NCBI GenBank assembly: GCA_965204055.1
Contig: OZ241967.1
Location: 1,252,286-1,316,285, forward strand
DNA: 64,000 nucleotides
Direction: 5' to 3'
Origin: Bdellovibrionales bacterium
Lineage (GTDB): Bacteria; Bdellovibrionota; Bdellovibrionia; Bdellovibrionales; UBA1609
The notes below the pieces were generated by a model that was not told the origin of the DNA, did not search any database, and worked only from the letters and a program-made list of their open reading frames with translations. The position numbers and the translations under genes are program-made. Positions 30,244 through 37,604 of the stretch are shown here, piece after piece (position 1 is the first letter of the stretch; every line of letters starts with the position of its first letter).

Positions 30244-31449
30244 TTAAGGAAAAAGCTTCTTAAGGGCTTTTTCCCAGTGCAAAGCTCGTGTAGAACCGAA
30301 TTGTCTTTCTAAAGGATCATTGGAGATCAGCCACTTTTCAGCTTTTGAGCTGATATCTTTACCAATGCGCTCCAATGCCTGAGCGTCTTCTTGTTTTACA
30401 AGTGTTTTTGACTTGATTTCTATTAACAATGTTTTTTGCGGACTTTGGATAATGAGATCAATTTCAACACCATCTTTAGTTCTCAAATAAGAGTAATGCC
30501 AATCCAGTCGCCTGTAATCGGCGTTCTTGATGATTTCCAGAATCACCCAATGCTCAAAAGCTTCACCAAAGGCCCTTGTTTGAGGCAACAACTCTACTGT
30601 TAAAGTTCCTGATAAAGCTCTTTTAATACCAGTATCGATAAAGTAAAATTTTGGTGCTTGCCTTTGTGATTTTCTGATGGATGGATGAAAAGCCGGTAGC
30701 ATAATTCCTAACAGAGTATCTTCCAGTATTTCAAAATAATGGGAGATAGTAACATCATCTACTCCAATGTCTTTGGCGATTTTGGATTTGTTGATAATTT
30801 TTCCATTCATTTGCGCCGCTATAGAAAGAAATCTTCTGAAAGGTTGGAGCTTCCGGACCCATTGTTCCTGTTGTATTTCTTTTTCTAAGTAAGTTCCTGT
30901 ATAAGCTTTTAAATATTCTTTTGCTGATTCTGCATTTTTCGCCAATGTCGCTAAAGGAAGAGCACCCCATTCAAGAGCTTTTTTTAAATTGAATTTTTTA
31001 CCTAATTCAAATCCTGTAAAAGGATACAGATGATAAATCCAAGCTCTGCCGGCTAATAAATTTGTTCCTTTTTGTTTTAAGCGACGACTGCTGGATCCGG
31101 TGAAAATAAATTGTCTGTTTTTTCTTTGAATTTGTTGATGAGCCACATCTAACAGGCGGGGGAGCTTTTGAATTTCATCTACTATTACCCGCTTATGTTT
31201 GTTTTCCGGGGAGTCAATAAGATCTAAAAAACGTCCTGGATCCAGTAATAATTGATCAAATAAATTAATATCTAACAGGTCCAAGAAAAGGGAGTTTTTT
31301 TCTGAAAACAGTTGTGTCAACAGAGTGGTTTTTCCACTGCCCCTTGCTCCGAAAAGGAAAAAGCTGTTTTGTTTCGGTAACTTACAATCTCTCTGAATCA
31401 TATTCAGAATTTTAACGCCATTTTCTGAATAGTGCAAAGATAATTTCAA
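30244..31449 (-). CDS. AAA_14 ATPase-DUF4143 protein
   Basis: GARGSGKTT, VDEIQK, FTGSS, KFYFIDTG, YLRTKDGVEIDLI..IEIK. True start is probably MIQR. Confidence 0.87.
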   Translation of the reverse strand: MKLSLHYSENGVKILNMIQRDCKLPKQNSFFLFGARGSGKTTLLTQLFSEKNSLFLDLLDINLFDQLLLDPGRFLDLIDSPENKHKRVIVDEIQKLPRLLDVAHQQIQRKNRQFIFTGSSSRRLKQKGTNLLAGRAWIYHLYPFTGFELGKKFNLKKALEWGALPLATLAKNAESAKEYLKAYTGTYLEKEIQQEQWVRKLQPFRRFLSIAAQMNGKIINKSKIAKDIGVDDVTISHYFEILEDTLLGIMLPAFHPSIRKSQRQAPKFYFIDTGIKRALSGTLTVELLPQTRAFGEAFEHWVILEIIKNADYRRLDWHYSYLRTKDGVEIDLIIQSPQKTLLIEIKSKTLVKQEDAQALERIGKDISSKAEKWLISNDPLERQFGSTRALHWEKALKKLFP

Positions 31450-31559
31450 TGCTTAAAACACATTATTTTACAAGTATCTCATTTTAGTACATTAATTTGG
31501 GAGCTGTCTGTCAGGTGCAGGCCAAGAATTAATATTTTTTTCAATAATTTTAAGTATTT

Positions 31560-31636
31560 ATGAATATCTTGAGCGCGTTCTTCTTAAGTTGGGCATTACT
31601 GTGCTTAAAAAATGATAAAGTTTCCTGGAATGGTTT
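31560..31636 (-). pseudogene. 3' relic of a YgjP-like (M48) metallopeptidase gene
   Basis: Translates NHSRKLYHFLSTVMPN..EERAQ versus NHSRKFYHFLSTVMPDWEERAQ in 48817-49560. Confidence 0.7.
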
Positions 31637-31639
31637 ACC

Positions 31640-31790
31640 TGGTCTGTCCTGAATAAATGCTTTTTCTCCTCAAAACGGAAAAGCCAAGTACTTGGCTTTG
31701 CAGTCCCGCACTTGAGCGGGAATCTCTTGACTTTTAAGGAGATATACCAAGCGATTTATTTAGCTAAACAGACTTATTCAGGATTAACTA
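31640..31790. mobile_element. MITE copy with an end most similar to the IS5 IR
   Basis: TGGTCTGTCCTGAATAAATGC versus the IS end TAGTCGGCCCTGAA(C/T)AAATG. Confidence 0.78.
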
Positions 31791-31896
31791 CTTAACTAAA
31801 CATACTTTTTCACAGACTACTATTTTACTTTCTTTCTTTTTATTTGACAGTTTTGTGATATAATAAAATAACAAACTAATAAATAAGGGGTATAAT

Positions 31897-32205
31897 ATGG
31901 CAGATGTAGCGAAAGATGAAACTAAGATCAGTGTAACAGAGAAATTAAAGACTTTTGAATATAAAATGAAAGTTTTTGTTGAGGAAAGACTGAACAAAGA
32001 CATTAAGTTTTTTTGTATAATTTTGTTGGTTATTTTTGCTCAGTTTATTTTGCTTTGGATAGGGCAAAAAAGTATCCGTAGAGATGTAGATAGTCGGTTT
32101 TATGAAATATCAGAAGATATTAAAAATTTGTCTATAAAAGTAGATGCTTTATCCAGCAACAAAAGGTCACAGTCAGATGGTCGTATAACACATTCAGATG
32201 AGTAA
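31897..32205 (+). CDS. Small coiled-coil/TM hypothetical protein
   Basis: AAGGGG RBS; charged-TM-coiled-coil layout. Confidence 0.6.
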   Translation: MADVAKDETKISVTEKLKTFEYKMKVFVEERLNKDIKFFCIILLVIFAQFILLWIGQKSIRRDVDSRFYEISEDIKNLSIKVDALSSNKRSQSDGRITHSDE

Positions 32206-32275
32206 AAAATTATCAAACCTGAAAAAAAGAATAAAGAGCTTTGAGCTGTTATAAAATTTATCAGTTTTTTAGATC

Positions 32276-32773
32276 TTACTGTTTGCTTGTGGGCTTTAGA
32301 AGTGGAATAACCACAGGTGATAAATGTAACCTTTGGCTGATATGGGTAATAAACTCTCGTAAATAAGGGTATACATTAAAATAAGCGTTTTCAATGCCAA
32401 AATACTTAACCGCCTCTTTATTTAAGTTTATATTATTAACATCATAAGTAACTGCATAAGAAACAGATATAGTAAATAGAGCTTCATCTTTTGTTTTAAT
32501 TACTTTGTTGTTTGTTTTTATATCTCTTTTTGGCAAACCTTCAAGTGTAAAATGTATTTTAGAAAGTATAGTTCCTCTTTTTTTGTCATCACCAATAATA
32601 AAATCAGTATCAATGTCTTTTTGTGTTATATTCAGCATTGTATGTTCTGGTTCAATTAATTGGTAATGAATGCGACATTCACAATAAGCGGATGTCATAA
32701 ACACTTCACGAATGTTTGTCGCTTTAATGATTTTTTGAAACTCTTTTTTTTGAAAATTCAGAGATTTATTCAT
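32276..32773 (-). CDS. SecB-like chaperone (TAC system)
   Basis: FTISVSYAVTY..F...NAYFNVYPYLREFITHISQRLHLSPVVIPLL matches the SecB-like C-terminal signature; third gene of a TA triad. Confidence 0.8.
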   Translation of the reverse strand: MNKSLNFQKKEFQKIIKATNIREVFMTSAYCECRIHYQLIEPEHTMLNITQKDIDTDFIIGDDKKRGTILSKIHFTLEGLPKRDIKTNNKVIKTKDEALFTISVSYAVTYDVNNINLNKEAVKYFGIENAYFNVYPYLREFITHISQRLHLSPVVIPLLKPTSKQ

Positions 32774-32781
32774 TTTAGCCT

Positions 32782-33273
32782 CTAAGCCGCTTTGTATTGT
32801 TCGGTAATATTTTTATTAAAATTTCGCGGATGCGCCATATATTGATAAGAATGTTCTATTTTTTTATTATGAACAATATTAGAACCGGAAAGTGTATTAT
32901 TTTTTTTAGCTGGATTATTGGGTCTGTCAGCAATTAAATTATGAAACTCATTAGAATCATTAGATAAATATTGTGTCATATAATTTTTTGTTCCAATGAT
33001 ATGGGTTTGAAAATCAATTTCTGCATTCAAGTGGAAGCACATCCTGGCAAAAGTTCTTAATGTGAGATTACGACCATTTGACAACAGCTCTGTCACATGA
33101 GCTTTTGATTGTTTTAAAGACTGAGCCAGAGCTGTTCTGGTTGTGTTGCTGTTTTTCATCAATTCCGCAATTTTTTCCTGCGCTTTTAATATAGCTAGTT
33201 CTTCATAAAAAACAGGATCCTTTTTATAGGTTTCAGTACTTTTCGGATAGATTGATTTTTTCATTTTAGACAC
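32782..33273 (-). CDS. HigA-like XRE HTH antitoxin with C-terminal extension
   Basis: TRTALAQSLKQSKAHVTELLSNGRNLTLRTFARM HTH followed by a ~70-aa low-complexity tail. Confidence 0.8.
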   Translation of the reverse strand: MSKMKKSIYPKSTETYKKDPVFYEELAILKAQEKIAELMKNSNTTRTALAQSLKQSKAHVTELLSNGRNLTLRTFARMCFHLNAEIDFQTHIIGTKNYMTQYLSNDSNEFHNLIADRPNNPAKKNNTLSGSNIVHNKKIEHSYQYMAHPRNFNKNITEQYKAA

Positions 33274-33295
33274 TGGTCTTTCCTTTTGTTATATT

Positions 33296-33700
33296 TTATA
33301 TATTTGTTTTTTCATACTGCTTTATCACTTGGCAAAGGTTTTCTGTTTTCTGTCTTTTGTTTTTTGGCCATTTATCTGTTTTCTTTTTAAATCCGTCTAA
33401 AAGACATATACTGTTACGAGGTTGCTTTAAATAAACAAAGCTAATACGAATTTGCCGATCTGGCTTAAATTCAAAACAAGCTTTGCAGGTAAAACTTAAT
33501 TTTCTTACCTTTTGTATATTTATAATCTCCCGCTTTTGGAAAAACAAACAGAATAATGCATCCACTTTTCTTCGCTCTTTTTCCGTTAAAGTACCTAAAA
33601 AATCATAAGCCGGACAATTATTATCGAATTTAACCGCTTTAATGGTTTTTTGATTGCCTTCCTCTTTCCAAATGTTGATGAATTCTATGCTGTTCGACAT
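33296..33700 (-). CDS. RelE/HigB (Gp49-like) toxin
   Basis: CPAYDFL..L, FEFK...IRI, LLDGFKKKTDKWP; lies upstream of the antitoxin. Confidence 0.75.
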   Translation of the reverse strand: MSNSIEFINIWKEEGNQKTIKAVKFDNNCPAYDFLGTLTEKERRKVDALFCLFFQKREIINIQKVRKLSFTCKACFEFKPDRQIRISFVYLKQPRNSICLLDGFKKKTDKWPKNKRQKTENLCQVIKQYEKTNI

Positions 33701-33923
33701 ATTGTCCTTTATATTGCAAAATCATGTGGGTTAGTATATATACGAATTTATAAACAATCAAGCAAAAATATACATTATTTTTTATATAACATAAAAATAA
33801 TTAACTTTTTGTTATATTTATAACATTTTATATAAAAATAGGTTGACTTTTTAGGTAATTTACAGAAAAATAAATTTTTTAAAGAAAACTCCATAATCTC
33901 ATTATACCGATAGGGAGGTTAAA

Positions 33924-35765
33924 ATGTCTAAAGATTTGTCGCATAAGTTGCTAAAAATCCGGCAAAATTTGTCGCTTTCTCAGGAGGAGCTGGCAAAAGA
34001 GCTTGGGGTTTCCTTTGCCACAGTAAATAGGTGGGAGAATGGTCGATCTACTCCAAGAAAAACCATAGTAGAGGCTGTGCAAAGGCTTTATGAAACAGCA
34101 CAGGAGCAAGAAATCCATCTAAATGAAGATCAGGGTGCAAGAAGAAAGAATGTTATCCGCAGAAAAAGCCGTGGTGGGGGGCCTGGGACAGGCATTTTAG
34201 ATACCAGCTCTATGGAGCAAATGCTATGGGAGTCAGCTTGTAAAATCAGAGGAGAAAAAGAAGCACCTAAGTTTAAAGACTATATCCTTCCGCTTTTATT
34301 TATCAAACGGCTTTCTGATGTTTTTGATGATGAAGTTAAGCGGTTGGTTCAAAAGTTTGGCAGTCTTCAAAAAGCTTTAAACCTATTAAAGTTAGATCCT
34401 TTACTGGTTCGCTTTTATCTTCCACCAGAAGCCAGGTGGTCTGTTGTTAGTGGTAAAGAGCATTTTAACTGGCCAAAGGAAAGTCAGCCCCGGTCTTTAG
34501 GGGAACAACTTACTTTAACCATGCGGGCTGTTGTGAAAGCCAATCCAGACAAAAACTTAAGAGGGGTGATTGATGTTGTGGACTATAACGAAAGCAGAGG
34601 AGGAGAGCGGGAGATAAGCGATCGCGCCTTAAGAGGAGTTATTGAGGCTTTTTCTAAATATCGTCTGGGGCTTAACGATGTGGAGCCAGACTTTTTAGGT
34701 CGGGCCTACGAATACCTTTTAAGAAAGTTTGCAGAAGGGCAAGGGCAAAGCGCGGGTGAGTTTTTTACTCCAAGAGAGGTGGGATTTATTATGGCCAGGA
34801 TTATGCAACCCTTTGGAGGGGAAACGGCTCACGATTATGCCTGCGGATCTTTTGGTTTGTTGATAAAACTTCAGTTAACGCTAAAAAAGACAAACCCTTT
34901 AAATAAAACCCCTTTGCATTTAAGTGGTCAGGAGCTAACAGGCCCCAGCTTTGCCATTGCTTGTATGAACAAGATTATTCACGATATGGAAGGAGAGGTT
35001 AAAAGGGGTAACTCTATGGAAAGCCCGAAGTTTCGAGATTCTTCAGGCCGATTAAAAAAGTTTGATATTATCTTGGCCAATCCCATGTGGAATCAGGTTT
35101 TTTCTTCTGCTGTGTATGAAAACGATCCTTATGATCGTTTTGAATCCCAAGGGGGAATTACCTCTGGCAAAGCAGACTGGGCTTGGCTTCAGCACACTCT
35201 GGCTTGTCTTAAGGAAAAAACAGGCAGAGCGGGTGTAGTGTTAGACACAGGTGCAGTTACCCGTGGCAGTGGTAGTCAGCATGAGGACAAAGAAAAAAAA
35301 ATCAGAAAATGGTTTGTGGATAATGATCTGATTGAAGGGGTTTTGCTTTTGCCGGAAAATCTTTTTTACAATACTTCTTCTGCGGGCATTATTATTTTTC
35401 TTAACAAGAACAAAATGGAGAAAAGAAAAAACAAAATTATTTTGTTAAATGCCAGTCAGGAGTTTTACAAAGGCAAGCCAAAAAATCATATTTCAGAAGA
35501 GAGCATTGATAAGATAAGCAATGCTTTTATTAAAGGGGAGGATGTAGATCGTTTTCTGAAGGTGATTACAACAGAGGAGGTCAAGCGGAACGATTACAAT
35601 CTTTCTCCTTCCCGGTATATCAGTCTTTCGGAGGAGGAGGTTTATCGTCCTATTCCTCAAATTTTATCGGACTTAAGTATGATCCAAAAATCAGCGGATA
35701 AAGCGGATCAGAACTTAGCTCAGATTTTTAAAAAACTTAAACCCCAGCTTAAGGATCAACCATGA
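33924..35765 (+). CDS. hsdM: Type I RM methyltransferase with N-terminal XRE HTH
   Basis: SQEELAKELGVSFATVNRWENG; LWESAC.IRG, GRAYEYLL, GEFFTP, DYACGS, ANPMW, LPENLFYNT, YNLSPSRY. Confidence 0.92.
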   Translation: MSKDLSHKLLKIRQNLSLSQEELAKELGVSFATVNRWENGRSTPRKTIVEAVQRLYETAQEQEIHLNEDQGARRKNVIRRKSRGGGPGTGILDTSSMEQMLWESACKIRGEKEAPKFKDYILPLLFIKRLSDVFDDEVKRLVQKFGSLQKALNLLKLDPLLVRFYLPPEARWSVVSGKEHFNWPKESQPRSLGEQLTLTMRAVVKANPDKNLRGVIDVVDYNESRGGEREISDRALRGVIEAFSKYRLGLNDVEPDFLGRAYEYLLRKFAEGQGQSAGEFFTPREVGFIMARIMQPFGGETAHDYACGSFGLLIKLQLTLKKTNPLNKTPLHLSGQELTGPSFAIACMNKIIHDMEGEVKRGNSMESPKFRDSSGRLKKFDIILANPMWNQVFSSAVYENDPYDRFESQGGITSGKADWAWLQHTLACLKEKTGRAGVVLDTGAVTRGSGSQHEDKEKKIRKWFVDNDLIEGVLLLPENLFYNTSSAGIIIFLNKNKMEKRKNKIILLNASQEFYKGKPKNHISEESIDKISNAFIKGEDVDRFLKVITTEEVKRNDYNLSPSRYISLSEEEVYRPIPQILSDLSMIQKSADKADQNLAQIFKKLKPQLKDQP

Positions 35766-35832
35766 ATTTTTTACTTTATCAGTCTAAAAATAGAAAATAC
35801 TTTAAACAAAGAAGGAGAAAGGAAAGGTTAAA

Positions 35833-36915
35833 ATGAGTGTAAATCAATGTGTTATATGGGGGACATCTTTTAAAAACCCCACAAACAATTATAATTATAA
35901 TAGATTAACCTTTTTAAAGGAGCTTATTGCTCATAGCCCTCCTCGTGAGCTTTCATTAGCAGGAGATAGTAATATTTATACAGTATATAACCCACGGGCT
36001 GGAGGGAAGTATAAAGCTCATTATCAGCAATTTTTAGGAAAATTACATAACGGTTTCAGTGAAGAAGCAAAGATCCGTCTATCTGGTTGGATCGCAAAAG
36101 AGAACTTAAAAGGCAATATTCCCTCTCTTGATTCAATAATGAAAGATAAGAATTGGTTGGAAAAACTGCCCTCCATACCGGATGATCCATCAGAAAAAGC
36201 TAACTTGCTGTTAACGGGATTGATCAATTTATATCCAAATATGGGTAAGAAGATATCTTTAAATGTGAATGAAAGTGAAATGTCATATCAACAAAGTAAT
36301 CCTGTACCTTTTTTATATGCTTTATCTTATTGTAATAATGCAGATGAGTTTAAGTTTTTAATAGAATCTTTAAAAGAATCAAAAGATATAAAAGCAGTAA
36401 GTTATGTTGGAGGAGGTCAATTTGAGATGCAAGTGACTACCACAGGCTGGAAGAGGGCCAAACAAGTTAATAGTAGTAAAACACCAAATAAAAATTTCAA
36501 TCAGGTATTTATTGCCATGTGGTTAGATTCTTCTATGGATAAGCTTGAACAGAATATTAGAACAGCAATCACAAATGCAAATTACAAGCCTTTAAGAATT
36601 GACGACAAAATACACAGCAACAAAATTGATGATGAAATTTTGTCAGAGATAGACAAATCCCGGCTTATGATATGTGATCTAACTTCATCAGCAGAAGATA
36701 AGCCCCGCGCAAGTGTTTACTTTGAAGCTGGATACACAAAAGGGAAAGGTATCCCTGTTATATGGACCTGTAGCGAAAAAATGAAGGAGGCACAAGCTAA
36801 GTCTCTTTATATCAGACAATACAAATGTTTGTTTTGGGATGACAATAATATGGAGAAGTTTGTCAAAGAATTACAAGAGCATATTAAACAGTTAACAAAT
36901 AATTTAAAAAACTAA
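35833..36915 (+). CDS. Hypothetical protein with C-terminal nucleoside 2-deoxyribosyltransferase/TIR-like domain
   Basis: VFIAMW..PLRID..IDDEI..I..S..MICDLT..SVYFEAGY..G.GIPVIW. Confidence 0.65.
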   Translation: MSVNQCVIWGTSFKNPTNNYNYNRLTFLKELIAHSPPRELSLAGDSNIYTVYNPRAGGKYKAHYQQFLGKLHNGFSEEAKIRLSGWIAKENLKGNIPSLDSIMKDKNWLEKLPSIPDDPSEKANLLLTGLINLYPNMGKKISLNVNESEMSYQQSNPVPFLYALSYCNNADEFKFLIESLKESKDIKAVSYVGGGQFEMQVTTTGWKRAKQVNSSKTPNKNFNQVFIAMWLDSSMDKLEQNIRTAITNANYKPLRIDDKIHSNKIDDEILSEIDKSRLMICDLTSSAEDKPRASVYFEAGYTKGKGIPVIWTCSEKMKEAQAKSLYIRQYKCLFWDDNNMEKFVKELQEHIKQLTNNLKN

Positions 36916-36955
36916 AGCTACAACATTAAAAAGTAATATAAAAAAGGAGAAAAAA

Positions 36956-37399
36956 ATGAATAAACAAAACATAAAAGAAAATAAAATTAATACAGACTTC
37001 CTGGATCGTTCTATTCAAGCTTTGGAAATTGCATACAATAAACTGCAAAAACTATCACCTGAAAATATTGAATATGATATTTATCGCTCTGCCTGTGTAA
37101 AGGAGTTTGAAATTATTTTGGAACAATGCGGTAAGTTGTTAAAAAAACGCCTACGAGATTTTTTTCATTCCAATAAAGCTGTTGATGATTTGAGGTTTAA
37201 AAATATTTTTCGTTATTCAGCTAAGCATGGTTTGATAGATATTGAGAGCAGTGAACGCTGGTGTAAATATAGAGACAACAGAAACAACACAGCTCATGAT
37301 TATGGGGTGGGTTTTGCTGAAGAAACTTTAAAACTATTTCCTGAGTTTATAGCTGATGCAAAAGAGGTTGTTAATACTTTGAAACATAAAGGATCATGA
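36956..37399 (+). CDS. HEPN protein (HI0074 / nucleotidyltransferase substrate-binding family)
   Basis: YRSACVKEFEIILE, FKNIFR, RNNTAHDY (RX4HXY). Confidence 0.88.
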   Translation: MNKQNIKENKINTDFLDRSIQALEIAYNKLQKLSPENIEYDIYRSACVKEFEIILEQCGKLLKKRLRDFFHSNKAVDDLRFKNIFRYSAKHGLIDIESSERWCKYRDNRNNTAHDYGVGFAEETLKLFPEFIADAKEVVNTLKHKGS

Positions 37400-37604
37400 A
37401 TATAAAGTTGTGAACAAAGTTATTTGCTTAAGTTGTTATTCCTATGAAAATAGGAAGCTTTTGATTTTTAAGAGAATGTATCAGGAATTTTTTAATTAAA
37501 AAGACTTTTCTACAATATATTGTATATTTGTCTTTTCTCTACTAAAAAGAGGTGTGGTTTTATTACAGAAAAGTATATAAAAAAACAAACAAAAGGTAAC
37601 ACTT

